Program-made: the position numbers and the translations under genes
Notes under the pieces: generated by a model
Database searches by the model: none
What the model saw: only the letters and a program-made list of their open reading frames with translations
What the model was told of the DNA's origin: nothing
Shown here: positions 8,589 to 18,058 of the stretch, piece after piece
Numbering within the stretch: the stretch's first letter is position 1
Layout: each line of letters opens with the position of its first letter
Assembly (NCBI GenBank): GCA_001817215.1
Contig: MHHX01000012.1
Location: forward strand, 4,843-68,254
DNA length: 63,412 bases
From: Candidatus Brennerbacteria bacterium RIFOXYC1_FULL_41_11
GTDB lineage: Bacteria; Patescibacteriota; Minisyncoccia; UBA6257; Brennerbacteraceae
Direction: 5' to 3'

Positions 8589-9143
8589 ATGAGGGAAAAA
8601 AAGTTTGAAAATTCAGATCTGGATCAGGCAAGCGGATTTTCTTTGGTTTATGATCATTTTTCGCCTCTGATCTGGAAACACATTTTTCTGAGGATTTCTT
8701 TGAAAGAAGAGACGAATGATCTTACTTCTGAGGTGTTTTTAAAAACCTGGGATTATTTAAATTCCGGAAGAAAAATACAGAAGATCAAATCTTTTCTTTA
8801 TCGAACGGCAGACAATCTGGTTATAGATTGGTACCGTTCAAGGAAGAAAATTTTTAGCCTGGAGAAAGATATTTCTGAAGACGAGGATGTTTTGATCGTG
8901 GAGTCAGAGATGGAAAATAATCTGATGATTGCTGAGGACGTAGTTCTTTTAATGAAAAACATCAACCGATTGGATGAAAAAGAGAAAAGACTTTTAATCC
9001 TTCGTTTCGTTGATGATTTGAAGATTGATGAAATCAGCGAAGTTTTGAGCAAGTCAAGAGGAGCGGTGACGGTGGCAATACACCGAGCCTTGAAATCTTT
9101 GATGGTGATCGTTAACGCAGAAAAAAAAGATGAAAAAGAATGA
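8589..9143 (+). CDS. RNA polymerase sigma-70 family factor (ECF-like, regions 2 and 4)
   Basis: Region 2 (DLTSEVFLKTWDYL, YRTADNLVIDWYR) and region 4 HTH (IDEISEVLSKSRGAVTVAIHRALKSL). The ATG at 8589 is preferred over the TTG at 8565. TTGACC-17-TGTAAT lies upstream. Confidence 0.8.
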   Translation: MREKKFENSDLDQASGFSLVYDHFSPLIWKHIFLRISLKEETNDLTSEVFLKTWDYLNSGRKIQKIKSFLYRTADNLVIDWYRSRKKIFSLEKDISEDEDVLIVESEMENNLMIAEDVVLLMKNINRLDEKEKRLLILRFVDDLKIDEISEVLSKSRGAVTVAIHRALKSLMVIVNAEKKDEKE

Positions 9144-10059
9144 GGAACAATTAATTTTAGAATTGAAACAGCTGAAAGGAATTCCGGCTGATTTTGAATA
9201 TCTTAATGGCTTCAGGCATGTTTTGACAACGAAGATGGTGTTGGCCTCAAGTTCTCAATCTTTCATGATTCAAGCGATACGTTTTTCTTTAAGTTTTGCC
9301 GGTATTGTCATTAGTTTTATTTCTTTGGGATACGTGTCCGTTGTGGCCACGCAAAATATTCCCGTGGATAACATTTTGTATCCGGCTAGATTAGCAGGCG
9401 AAAGATTGCAGCTTGGCATTCAGGGATTTAATCAAGAATCAAAAACAGATTTAATGTTAAAGTTCGCTGAAAATCGTTTGGCAGAGATAAAAATCCTTGA
9501 AGAAAGAGATTTTTCTGATAACCAGAAGTTAAAACAACTTCTTAATGATTATAACCTTGAGATTGCCGGAATTCAGTCGGAGATTTTATCTGCAAGAAGA
9601 GAGTCTGGCGCAGAGACTCTGGCTTATTTATTGAAAGTTGAGTCGCGGCTATCACAGATAGCTGAAGATCTCGGAGCCATTCGTTTTGATTCAAGCGATC
9701 CCGGAGAATATTTGGAGACTGAAAACATGTTGGTTTTTATGCAAGATTTTGTTTCCAGGAGGATTTTTGAATGCGAACAGGATGAACATGACTTTTCCGG
9801 AGACGGACAGAGATGGGATCGGGTCATGAAAGAATACTTGAGATTGCAATCTCGAAAAGAGATGTTTGCAAATAGCAGGATTTTTGTTTCAAAAGATGTT
9901 AATGGTTTTTTAGCTACATTTGACACAAAACTTTCTGGTTGGAGAGAAAGCTTTGACCAATATCGTGAAATTGGCCAAGATGAAGATCTCCTGCGGTTTG
10001 GGTCTTTGATAAGAGAGATAGAGATTGAATTTGCTCGTTTCGAAGCTCTTGAAAGTTAA
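9130..10059 (+). CDS. Membrane protein coupled to the sigma factor (possible anti-sigma-type partner)
   Basis: Overlaps the sigma gene stop by 14 nt. One TM segment (aa ~50-75) followed by a helical extracytoplasmic domain. Function is inferred from position only. Confidence 0.45.
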   Translation: MKKNEEQLILELKQLKGIPADFEYLNGFRHVLTTKMVLASSSQSFMIQAIRFSLSFAGIVISFISLGYVSVVATQNIPVDNILYPARLAGERLQLGIQGFNQESKTDLMLKFAENRLAEIKILEERDFSDNQKLKQLLNDYNLEIAGIQSEILSARRESGAETLAYLLKVESRLSQIAEDLGAIRFDSSDPGEYLETENMLVFMQDFVSRRIFECEQDEHDFSGDGQRWDRVMKEYLRLQSRKEMFANSRIFVSKDVNGFLATFDTKLSGWRESFDQYREIGQDEDLLRFGSLIREIEIEFARFEALES

Positions 10060-10097
10060 GTCCAGCTCAAAAAATAAAAGAGTCGTGTTAAAATATC

Positions 10098-10982
10098 ATG
10101 TATTTACATGATTCTTTTATGACTAATCATAAATTTCCCAAAATAGGTTTAGCTTTATCTGGCGGTGGCGCCAAGGGTTTTGCTCATGTTTCTGTTATCT
10201 CTAATCTTGAAAAGCTGGGTATCCCTATTCATTGTGTTGCTGGTACGAGTATGGGATCTTTGATTGGCGGCTGGTATGCGGCTGGCAAGGATTTTGAGAT
10301 TTTACTGGATTTAGCAAGAGAAGGGCACTGGAAAAAGTTTTTACACGTTAGTGAATTGATCAATTCGATCAGATTCGGCGGGGGGTTGTTTTCCTTAGAT
10401 TCTTTTAAAAAGTTTCTTGAAAAAGAGCTCGGCGATCTCAAGATCGAAGATCTAGAAAAAAAATACTGCGCGGTTGCGACTTCCTTGAAAAACGGGAAAA
10501 GAGTTGTTTTAAAAGAAGGCAAGTTGGGGGAAGCGATCTTAGCCAGTGGCTGTCTGCCGGTGATATTTTCGCCGATCAAAATCAAAGACGATCTTTTGGT
10601 TGACGGCGGTGTCGTCGATAATTTTCCGGTCGAATCTTGTTTTGAGATGGGAGCAGATTTTGTTATTGGTGTTGACGTGCGATACGCTCCTGGCTATTTA
10701 CATGAAGAGATCAAGGATGACAGTAGTCCGTCGCGGTGGAAGATTTTTAGGGTTTTACAGTACTTGATGGAGGTGGTCAACTCTCAGGTAGAAAAAAAGG
10801 AAGGTACAAATCTGGTTATTATCAAGCCGTATATTTCTCATATCTCAACTTTTGATTTTCAAAAAGCGAATGAGATTTTGAAACTCGGAACAGAAGCTTT
10901 CAATGGAAAAGAAGATGAGCTAAGAGAAAAACTCGGATTGCCAGAAAGAGAAAAAGGAATTCTGGAAACAATTTTTGATTAA
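10098..10982 (+). CDS. Patatin-like phospholipase
   Basis: Motifs GLALSGGGAKG (oxyanion), GTSMG (GxSxG) and DGG. The start is uncertain (10098 or the ATG at 10119). Confidence 0.85.
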   Translation: MYLHDSFMTNHKFPKIGLALSGGGAKGFAHVSVISNLEKLGIPIHCVAGTSMGSLIGGWYAAGKDFEILLDLAREGHWKKFLHVSELINSIRFGGGLFSLDSFKKFLEKELGDLKIEDLEKKYCAVATSLKNGKRVVLKEGKLGEAILASGCLPVIFSPIKIKDDLLVDGGVVDNFPVESCFEMGADFVIGVDVRYAPGYLHEEIKDDSSPSRWKIFRVLQYLMEVVNSQVEKKEGTNLVIIKPYISHISTFDFQKANEILKLGTEAFNGKEDELREKLGLPEREKGILETIFD

Positions 10983-10991
10983 AGCAAAACA

Positions 10992-11672
10992 ATGCTTTTT
11001 GTTGTTTCAACACCGATTGGGAATTTGAAGGACATTAGTGAAAGAGCCATATCAGTACTGAGAGACGCTGATTTTATTGTCTGTGAACGTCCTCGGCATA
11101 GTTTGAAATTGCTGAGCGCATTTAATATTAAACCGAAGTTTTTGGTTGCCTTTACGGAAGCTAATAAACATTCTTCAATCCCGAAGATTATTTCTTTATT
11201 AAAATCAGGTAAAACAGCCTGTTTGATTGTTGATGCCGGCACTCCGGGAGTTTCTGATCCGGGGCCAGATTTGGTTAAGGCCTGTCAAGATCATGGAATA
11301 GAAATCTCTTCTGTTCCAGGACCAAGCGCTTTGACTGCGGCAATGGCGCTTACGGGGGAGAGGATTGACAAATTTTTGTTTGTCGGGTTTTTATCGAGAA
11401 AACAAAAAGAGTTTAAGCGACAACTGGAAATAGCCGGGGCTAACGATTTATGGCTTGTCGGCTTTGAATCTCCGTTCAGAATCGCAAAGACTGTATTTTT
11501 GATCCCTGAAGATTATTTTGTTATTTTGGTTGCCGAGATCTCAAAAATTCACGAAAAAGTTCTTAAGGGCAGCTCCAGAGAAATTCTGGAGGTTTTTAAA
11601 ACTGATAAAAATCTCACCAAGGGTGAGTTTGTCGTTTTTGTCAGATCAAAAGCCGAAAGTTCTAAAAAGTGA
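10992..11672 (+). CDS. rsmI: 16S rRNA (cytidine1402-2'-O)-methyltransferase
   Basis: Tetrapyrrole-methylase-fold N-terminus (VSTPIGNLKDIS.RA...L...D.I.CE), typical of RsmI. Confidence 0.85.
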   Translation: MLFVVSTPIGNLKDISERAISVLRDADFIVCERPRHSLKLLSAFNIKPKFLVAFTEANKHSSIPKIISLLKSGKTACLIVDAGTPGVSDPGPDLVKACQDHGIEISSVPGPSALTAAMALTGERIDKFLFVGFLSRKQKEFKRQLEIAGANDLWLVGFESPFRIAKTVFLIPEDYFVILVAEISKIHEKVLKGSSREILEVFKTDKNLTKGEFVVFVRSKAESSKK

Positions 11673-12158
11673 TATTAGATTTGGCAATACTTTGAAGATA
11701 ATAATTACGGTGACGAACGATGCTAACAGAAGCACGATTGGTAAAGTTATTTTTCTGTCGCGCCATCTTCTTTCCTTCAAGGCCTGCCGAATGTTTTCTG
11801 GAAGATCTTTTTCACCAGCATACGTTTGGGCCTGATTGTTATTGGCATCTTCGGATAATTCATTCAATTTTTTACAGATTTCGCAGCGCCATGTTTTTTC
11901 CAAAATATTGATGATTTTGTTATTAGCGGGACAAGAAAACCCGCTTTCACATTTTGAACAGTTCAGACCATAAATCTTTTGTTGGCATTTGGGACAGATG
12001 GCAAAATAGTCTCTGATGATATCAATCAAGACGAGTCCTCTCCAGCCACAAGGGCATTCTGTATCGATTGTTTCTAGCCTTTCCAAATCAACTTTTTGAT
12101 CCATAGCTTTGAGATTAATCATACTGTTGCTCACTGGGTATTTTAATTTTAAGTTCAT
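11646..12158 (-). CDS. Multi-zinc-ribbon protein with a C-terminal TM anchor (hypothetical)
   Basis: Several CxxC pairs (CPKC, CSKC, CEIC) and a hydrophobic C-terminus. The real start is probably internal (ATG at 12122 or 12104), because the track ORF overlaps the fmt 3' end. Confidence 0.5.
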   Translation of the reverse strand: MNLKLKYPVSNSMINLKAMDQKVDLERLETIDTECPCGWRGLVLIDIIRDYFAICPKCQQKIYGLNCSKCESGFSCPANNKIINILEKTWRCEICKKLNELSEDANNNQAQTYAGEKDLPENIRQALKERRWRDRKITLPIVLLLASFVTVIIIFKVLPNLISLFRTFGF

Positions 12159-13083
12159 GTCTGTATCCGTTCAAAAATTCTTTTCCAGATATCACTTTTT
12201 TCCCCTCGGGCTGGACTTGTTCAAGTAATAGCGCACCGTTTTTACAAGCCAAGATTAGCTCTTTATTTAATTCGGAAAATCTAGTTTTGACGATTGGTTT
12301 ATGGGCTGATGGGTCGTGATTGGTGATTGGTTTAGCCCTGATTATTTTGATAATTAGCTTTTTTTCTCCTATTTCAATCCAGCATCCTGGTTCTTTTCCT
12401 AAAGCCCTGATTTTGGCATAGATATTTTCAGTTGTGTCGTCGAGGATAATTTTGCCGTCTTGCCACTCAAGTTTTTTACAAACAGTGGCTTTGCTGTCGT
12501 CTTGGGGAAGGGGGGCGATTTTGTTATGAAGCCACAACGGGATTGTTCTGGCTAAAATCTCACCACCCCAGTCGGCTAGTTTTTCGTAGAGTTCTTGGAA
12601 ATACTCTTCGCCAGATAGCGTGATTTTCTCTTGGGTGAGGATCGGACCGTGATCCATTTGCTCATCCAACGAGATTATAGAAACTCCGGTTTCTTTTTCG
12701 TTATCGAGAATTGCAGTTTGAATCGGGCTTGGACCGCGGTACTTCGGCAAAAGCGAAGGATGCAGATTCAGGACGCCTTTTGGAAAGATTTCCAGGATAT
12801 TTTTTGGGATTAATTTTCCGTAAGCCGCAACAATGCCAAGACTGGGTTCTAGGTTTTTGATCTTTGTTATAATTTCCAGATCTTTTTTTAGAGAAACTGG
12901 TTGTAATGTTTCAAGATTCAATTCTTGCGCTTTAAGTTTTAATGGCGGTGGAGTCAAGATTCTTTTTTTGCCGGTTGGCTCATCCGGCGAAGTGATAATC
13001 AAATCCGGCCTGATATTATTTTCAAGAAGTTTTTGCAAGACAATCGTAGAGAGCTGGTTGCCTCCGAAAAAAACAGATTTCAT
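12115..13083 (-). CDS. fmt: Methionyl-tRNA formyltransferase
   Basis: Formyltransferase N-domain (NLHPSLLPKYRGPSPIQ) plus the C-terminal OB-like domain. Translationally coupled to def. Confidence 0.9.
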   Translation of the reverse strand: MKSVFFGGNQLSTIVLQKLLENNIRPDLIITSPDEPTGKKRILTPPPLKLKAQELNLETLQPVSLKKDLEIITKIKNLEPSLGIVAAYGKLIPKNILEIFPKGVLNLHPSLLPKYRGPSPIQTAILDNEKETGVSIISLDEQMDHGPILTQEKITLSGEEYFQELYEKLADWGGEILARTIPLWLHNKIAPLPQDDSKATVCKKLEWQDGKIILDDTTENIYAKIRALGKEPGCWIEIGEKKLIIKIIRAKPITNHDPSAHKPIVKTRFSELNKELILACKNGALLLEQVQPEGKKVISGKEFLNGYRHELKIKIPSEQQYD

Positions 13084-13556
13084 TTTATTTCTTTTATATT
13101 TTTCGCGGAGTCAATAGTCAACTTCCCGTGCAGATGGTCAATTTCGTGTTGAAAAATTCGTGCTAGGAGCCCGGAAGCTTTTATCTTTTTTTTCCTCCCC
13201 ATTTCATCGAGAAACTCAACGACGATTCTTTTGTGGCGTTCGACCTCGGCGTATGTTTTCGGTATGCTCAGACAACCTTCTTCCATGGTGTTCGTTTCTT
13301 TTGAGGCATAAATGATTTTGGGATTGATCATGGCAAACTCTGGTCCTTTTTCTCCATCGTCATACAATAGTTCAACAACAAAGATTTGTTTGTTAATGCC
13401 GATTTGAGGCGCGGCCAAACCAACAGCCGGGACCTTGCTTTCTTTCATGGTTTTTTTCATCTTTCTGATCAGCTCTCTGATTTCTGGGGTGACCTTTTCA
13501 ACTGGTTCAGTCGGTTGCCTTAGGATTTTATTGTCTTTACCTGTGACTAGATTCAT
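13080..13556 (-). CDS. def: Peptide deformylase
   Basis: Three deformylase motifs are present: GVGLAAPQIG, EGCLSIP and HEIDHL. Confidence 0.92.
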   Translation of the reverse strand: MNLVTGKDNKILRQPTEPVEKVTPEIRELIRKMKKTMKESKVPAVGLAAPQIGINKQIFVVELLYDDGEKGPEFAMINPKIIYASKETNTMEEGCLSIPKTYAEVERHKRIVVEFLDEMGRKKKIKASGLLARIFQHEIDHLHGKLTIDSAKNIKEIK

Positions 13557-13644
13557 ATTAGCGTAGGTTAAAAGTCAAAATACAAGATTCAAAACTAAAA
13601 TTAAAAATTCAAAACCTTAAAGCTTTTCACTTTTGACTTTTGAA

Positions 13645-14037
13645 TTATCTTTTATTTCTTTCTTGCTTCGCGACTTTTTGAAGTATTTTTGTTCGAATGC
13701 TCGCTCGACTTAGGATTTTTGGCGTCATTTTCTTTTTTAGATGAGATCTCATTTTTTTGTAGAGATCAATATTGTCTTGATTAATTGTGGCTGATTTCTC
13801 TTTTATCTCCGGAGTTTCAATTTTTTTCAAAATTCCCATGAAATAACGAAATTTATCTTTTTCAGAGACATTTTTATTTTTCAGGGAGATTTTTACAGCC
13901 TCCTGAATTTTTTCTTTACCGTAACCCTTATAGAGCTTAACGTACAGACTAAAGTCTTTTGCGGTGTCGTTGAGTTGTTTTTTTGTATCCTCAATGCAAT
14001 CAAGTATGGCTTGGTTTTTCTTGGGCATTTTTTCCAT
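13645..14037 (-). CDS. Hypothetical lysine-rich protein (130 aa)
   Basis: Clean ORF with native composition. No motif recognised. Confidence 0.45.
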   Translation of the reverse strand: MEKMPKKNQAILDCIEDTKKQLNDTAKDFSLYVKLYKGYGKEKIQEAVKISLKNKNVSEKDKFRYFMGILKKIETPEIKEKSATINQDNIDLYKKMRSHLKKKMTPKILSRASIRTKILQKVAKQERNKR

Positions 14038-14057
14038 AATTGATTATAATACAGTCC

Positions 14058-14609
14058 ATGGGCTCAGAAAAGAAGCGTATTTTTATCGCCCTTTTGTTTT
14101 CGGACGAGTTTAAAAATCAGGTCGCTGAAGCTATTTTGCCGATGCAAAAGCAGTTTTCTAATTTTCGCTGGTCGTCAGAGAACAAGTGGCATTTAACAAT
14201 CCTGCCGCCGCATTATTGGGATGAGCAAGAAATAAAAACCGTTGTTGATTCGCTTTCTCAAAAGTTGAGATTCAAGAAATTCCGTCTTGAATCAGAAAAA
14301 TTTGTTTTAGGACCTCTCGGTCGCGACAAACGTATGGTCTGGTTACGGTTTGAAAACTCAGGAGAATTTTCGGATTTGAAACGGCAAGTGTCTGGAATCA
14401 TTACCGGTGGAGGCTTGGCCATAGACGATTTCCGGCAAAAAGAACTTATTCATTTAACACTGGCAAGATTAAAAGACGTTGATCATTCTGGTTTTAGGGA
14501 GAAGAGCTTCAACTCAAGTATTTTGTGTTCGAGTATCGAAGCTTGGCAAGTATTTTTGAATCCAGACGGCGCGGTCTATCAAGTTGTCGCTCGTTTTGAA
14601 CTTGAATGA
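14058..14609 (+). CDS. 2H phosphoesterase / 2'-5' RNA ligase family protein
   Basis: Two HxT/S motifs (WHLTILPP and IHLTLARL). ATG at 14058 is preferred over the TTG at 14040. Confidence 0.65.
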   Translation: MGSEKKRIFIALLFSDEFKNQVAEAILPMQKQFSNFRWSSENKWHLTILPPHYWDEQEIKTVVDSLSQKLRFKKFRLESEKFVLGPLGRDKRMVWLRFENSGEFSDLKRQVSGIITGGGLAIDDFRQKELIHLTLARLKDVDHSGFREKSFNSSILCSSIEAWQVFLNPDGAVYQVVARFELE

Positions 14610-14663
14610 GGCTCGTGCTATAATTTTTTATTGCATTCATCAAGAAATTAGATAAAGAAACTC

Positions 14664-15935
14664 GTGCAGCTCCGTATTCCTTTCACAAAAGATAAATATC
14701 TCGGCAAAAACTTTTTTTTGATTCTTGGCAGCATTGGCCTGTCCGGTTGTTTTTTTGTTTTGGGCGTGGTTTTTTCTCTTTATCGTTTTAATTTGATAAA
14801 TTCTATTTTATCGGATCAGAATATCAGTGACGTTTTGATCAGGGGTGTTTTTAATTTTGAACAACCCGAAAGTACGAGAGGCGCTGATTTTAGCCTTTTC
14901 TGGGATTCTTGGGCTGCGGTACAGGAGCATTATCTTGATCGTTCAAATCTTGATCACCAAAAAATGGTTTACGGTGCGATAAAAGGCATGCTTGAGTCGC
15001 TGGAAGATCCTTACACCTCATTTTTCGAGCCGCAGGCGAGGCAAGAGTTTGAAGAAGAGGTTTCGGGAAGGTTTGAGGGAATCGGCATTGAGATTGGCAT
15101 GCGCGACGAGGCCTTGACTGTGATTGCTCCGCTTGACGGTTCGCCGGCTCAAAAATCTGGTCTGAGATCTGGAGACAAGATTCTTGAAGTTGATGGATTA
15201 GTGACGGCTGGCATGTCTTTGGAGGAAGCTGTTAAAAAGATTCGTGGCGCAAAAGATACAAAAGTTGTTCTCACGGTTTCGCGTAATGGCATTAAAGAGA
15301 GTCAGAAAATCGAGATTACCAGGGGAGTGATCAGCGTTCCGTCTGTTACTTTTAATAAGATCGGCGATGATATTGCGCATATTAAGGTTCATAATTTTTA
15401 CGCACCAGTCTCGTTTGAGTTTAAAAAAGCTATTCTTGAAATGTCTCTGTCGGGAAGGAAAAATATTATTCTCGACTTGAGAAATAATCCTGGTGGGTAT
15501 TTTGATATGGCGGTTGAGTTGGCGAGTTGGTTTTTGGAACCGGGTTCAGTTGTCGTCAAGCAGGATAACGGCAACGGCGCTTTCGTTTGTGATACTTGCA
15601 AAAGCACTGGTTTGGGTTTATTGAAGAACTACAAACTCGTGATTCTAGTCAACGAAGGTTCTGCTTCGGCCTCGGAAATTTTGGCCGGAGCCTTGAGGGA
15701 TAATAAAGGCACAAAACTGATCGGTATACAGACATTCGGCAAGGGCGTGGTGCAAGAGGTTTTTCCCATGCAGAAAGATTCTTCGATTAAGATCACTGTG
15801 TCTAAATGGCTAACGCCGAATGATCATGATATTGGCAGTGTTGGGTTGAAGCCAGATATTGAGGTGAAAGATTCAGAGGAGCTTGATAAAGATCCTCAAC
15901 TCGATAAAGCAATCGAAATAATTAAAAGTTTATAA
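14664..15935 (+). CDS. Carboxyl-terminal processing protease (S41) with PDZ domain
   Basis: N-terminal TM segment, PDZ (GSPAQKSGLRSGDKILEVDG), S41 core (NPGGY, GSASASEI, TFGKG). GTG start. Confidence 0.85.
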   Translation: MQLRIPFTKDKYLGKNFFLILGSIGLSGCFFVLGVVFSLYRFNLINSILSDQNISDVLIRGVFNFEQPESTRGADFSLFWDSWAAVQEHYLDRSNLDHQKMVYGAIKGMLESLEDPYTSFFEPQARQEFEEEVSGRFEGIGIEIGMRDEALTVIAPLDGSPAQKSGLRSGDKILEVDGLVTAGMSLEEAVKKIRGAKDTKVVLTVSRNGIKESQKIEITRGVISVPSVTFNKIGDDIAHIKVHNFYAPVSFEFKKAILEMSLSGRKNIILDLRNNPGGYFDMAVELASWFLEPGSVVVKQDNGNGAFVCDTCKSTGLGLLKNYKLVILVNEGSASASEILAGALRDNKGTKLIGIQTFGKGVVQEVFPMQKDSSIKITVSKWLTPNDHDIGSVGLKPDIEVKDSEELDKDPQLDKAIEIIKSL

Positions 15936-16016
15936 AATAAAAATATATGAATCATCCACCAACCCTTAATAACGGATCCGAGCCTCAGGGATATCTTAGG
16001 TCAGATTATTGGCTCC

Positions 16017-16259
16017 TTGGCTCAAATCAAACTTGATAATTTTGATAAAGAAGGATTCATAGCCGAGCTCGATAGATCGATCGGAGTGTTGGGCGTTGAA
16101 GAAAACAAGAAATATCTTGGAGGTCTTGAAGATATGAACAATCTTTGGAGCCAAGTAAAAAATAAATTGTTCGATGGTGTAATAGATATTGACCTTTTTC
16201 ATCAATTAAAAATAGCTGTTGATAATATAAGATCACAATCAGAAATTAATTTTCTATGA
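16017..16259 (+). CDS. Hypothetical 80-aa protein
   Basis: ORF with a TTG start that abuts rplI (4-nt overlap). No motif recognised. Weak call. Confidence 0.3.
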   Translation: MAQIKLDNFDKEGFIAELDRSIGVLGVEENKKYLGGLEDMNNLWSQVKNKLFDGVIDIDLFHQLKIAVDNIRSQSEINFL

Positions 16260-16717
16260 AGGTAATTTTTTTGCAAGATGTTAGAGGTGTTGGCCGGAAA
16301 GGCGAGCAAAAAGAGATCAAAGATGGTTATGCCAGGAATTTTTTGATTCCGAAAAAACTTGTCGAAGTCGCGGCACCAGAATCTTTGAAAAAGTGGCAGA
16401 AGATTTGGCAGGATAAAGAAAAGCAAGAGCAGGAAAATATTACTGAAATTCAAGAAGCAAAAAAGAAAATCGCCGCATTAGTTTTTCATGCCGAATTGAA
16501 GACTATCAAGGAAGGTGGTGTTGTCGAGAGCGTTTCAAAACAATCAATCAAAGAGTTTTTGGAAAAAAATATTGGCTTGTCCGCCAACTGGCGGATTGAA
16601 AAAGATCAGATTCATCTTGAACACAATTTGAAAGATACAGGTGAACATTCGGTGAAAATATCTCTTGGCAGGGGAGTGGAGGCTGGATTGAAGATTGTTG
16701 TTTCGCACGTTCAATAA
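16256..16717 (+). CDS. rplI: 50S ribosomal protein L9
   Basis: [31 protein letters not shown] is the canonical L9 N-terminus. Confidence 0.92.
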   Translation: MKVIFLQDVRGVGRKGEQKEIKDGYARNFLIPKKLVEVAAPESLKKWQKIWQDKEKQEQENITEIQEAKKKIAALVFHAELKTIKEGGVVESVSKQSIKEFLEKNIGLSANWRIEKDQIHLEHNLKDTGEHSVKISLGRGVEAGLKIVVSHVQ

Positions 16718-16753
16718 GTCTATTCTAGTGTTCTTAAGAACATTAGAATAGAC
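16718..16753. repeat. Palindromic element, variant copy (GTCTATTCTAgtgTTCTTAAGAAcatTAGAATAGAC)
   Basis: 36-nt near-perfect palindrome starting 1 nt after the rplI stop. It shares the TATTCT...TTCTTAAGAA...AGAATA frame with copies at 18894 and 38036. Confidence 0.7.
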
Positions 16754-16762
16754 TTGAGCATC

Positions 16763-16788
16763 ATAAAACCGCCTTCGGGCGGTTTTAT
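16763..16788. terminator. Bidirectional intrinsic terminator between rplI and rpmA
   Basis: AUAAAACCGCC-uucg-GGCGGUUUUAU. Confidence 0.75.
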
Positions 16789-16803
16789 GTTTCAAGTTCT
16801 ATG

Positions 16804-17076
16804 CTACACGACCTGAATCACTGTTTTTGTTTTTCTGGCTCCGGAAAATGTTTTGAAGTTCTTTTTCGAAAATTTCACCTTGCCTTCGGTTTTGGCGTAA
16901 AGCGTGTCGTCAACGCCCTTGGCAACACCTTTGCCGGGAGCGAATTTTGTGCCTCTTTGACGAATTAAAACCTCACCGGCTTTGACAAATTGGCCGTCAG
17001 ATCGTTTAACGCCAAGGTATTTTGGTCGTGAGTCTCGGCCGAGCCTTGTTGACCCGGTTGCTTTTGTATGGGCCAC
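16804..17076 (-). CDS. rpmA: 50S ribosomal protein L27
   Basis: [21 protein letters not shown] is the canonical L27 N-terminus. GTG start. Confidence 0.95.
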   Translation of the reverse strand: MAHTKATGSTRLGRDSRPKYLGVKRSDGQFVKAGEVLIRQRGTKFAPGKGVAKGVDDTLYAKTEGKVKFSKKNFKTFSGARKTKTVIQVV

Positions 17077-17131
17077 GGAATTAAGTTAAAATTCAAAACT
17101 CAAAGGTCATCTTTCGATTCTACTCAAGATG

Positions 17132-17153
17132 TCCTGAGCGAAGTCGAACGGAC
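17132..17153. repeat. Short dispersed repeat TCCTGAGCGAAGTCGAAcGGAC (intergenic copy)
   Basis: 20 of 21 nt are identical to 45290-45310, which lies inside a CDS. Confidence 0.6.
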
Positions 17154-17227
17154 AAAATTGAAAGTTAAAATTCAAAAGTGGCCCGAGAGTGATATAATTA
17201 ATTTGATTAAGCATTTTAGCAGAAAAT

Positions 17228-17482
17228 ATGGCTACAAGCAAGTCTGAAAAGGCGCAGTCTCCTGTTGCGTTGCGAAGAAATTTTAGCGCGCGAGTAAGGG
17301 ATTTTAAACTTAAACTTAAAGATTTTTGGGTTGATAACTACGACGAGATTGTTTCCGGGGTGATTGTGTTTTTGCTGGTGGCCTTGGCTTTTGGTCTGGG
17401 AACGTTTTATGGCGGTAAGTTTTATGAAGATTCAAAAATAGAGATTAATTGTCCGCCTCAGTTCTGGGAAGAAGGGAATTAG
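17228..17482 (+). CDS. Hypothetical single-TM protein (84 aa)
   Basis: Basic N-terminus followed by the TM segment IVSGVIVFLLVALAFGLGTFYGG. Confidence 0.5.
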   Translation: MATSKSEKAQSPVALRRNFSARVRDFKLKLKDFWVDNYDEIVSGVIVFLLVALAFGLGTFYGGKFYEDSKIEINCPPQFWEEGN

Positions 17483-17581
17483 TGTAGAAAGCAGAATTCA
17501 GAAAGTAGAAAATAAAATTGATGATTTTGGCTTAATAATAAAGACGCTCTCGTTTTCGAGCGCGCCTTTATTTGTTTCGCT

Positions 17582-17971
17582 TTAGTTGCCGGGGGAAATG
17601 GTAAGGAACGCGTTTAAGAAAGACAGCGCTCCGAGAATGAGCATAATGCGCCCGAATTCTAACCTGACGCTATGGGCCCTCTCATCTTTTCCTCCGATTG
17701 TATCCGATGGGGGCGAAAGCAATCTTCCACTGAGCATAAAAATTATGCCCGGGATGAAAAGGATGGGGCCTGGACGAGTGGCGAAAGCGACCATTTCAAA
17801 TCCAGCCAAGAAGAGGGTCAAGCCAGCAGTTTTGAATATAATGACGCCATGGTCATTCGACCCGCTAGACTTCACGAGACCCCTGATGCCGAGTTGATCA
17901 ACCCAGGAGAAAATGCAGAGCAGCGTTCCGATGACGAGAAAAGTTGTTCCGAACGTGAACGTGATTGTCAT
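17582..17971 (-). CDS. Hypothetical 4-TM membrane protein (129 aa), G+C-rich cassette
   Basis: ATG at 17971 is preceded by CAAGGAGGTTCGCC. A hairpin terminator lies at about 17543-17568. Two long antisense ORFs are a by-product of the G+C-rich composition. Confidence 0.6.
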   Translation of the reverse strand: MTITFTFGTTFLVIGTLLCIFSWVDQLGIRGLVKSSGSNDHGVIIFKTAGLTLFLAGFEMVAFATRPGPILFIPGIIFMLSGRLLSPPSDTIGGKDERAHSVRLEFGRIMLILGALSFLNAFLTISPGN

Positions 17972-18058
17972 GGCGAACCTCCTTGATTCGTTTCTATCTT
18001 TTAACATTTTTTCTTTCTGAAGTCAAAAGCTCTGTTCTTTTTGTGTCATAATGGCTTG

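Noticed and set aside
13561-13645. A-rich AAAATTCAAAA-type words recurring in spacers (also near 7725, 17085, 17165, 28021, 34375 and 37770)
   Set aside because: These are low-complexity A/T words in an A+T-rich genome. The copies are short and inexact, so I cannot distinguish a real motif from compositional bias without statistics.
17586-17986. Two ~103-aa + strand ORFs
   Set aside because: Both are antisense to the SD-supported 4-TM membrane gene. Long antisense frames are expected in a G+C-rich segment.
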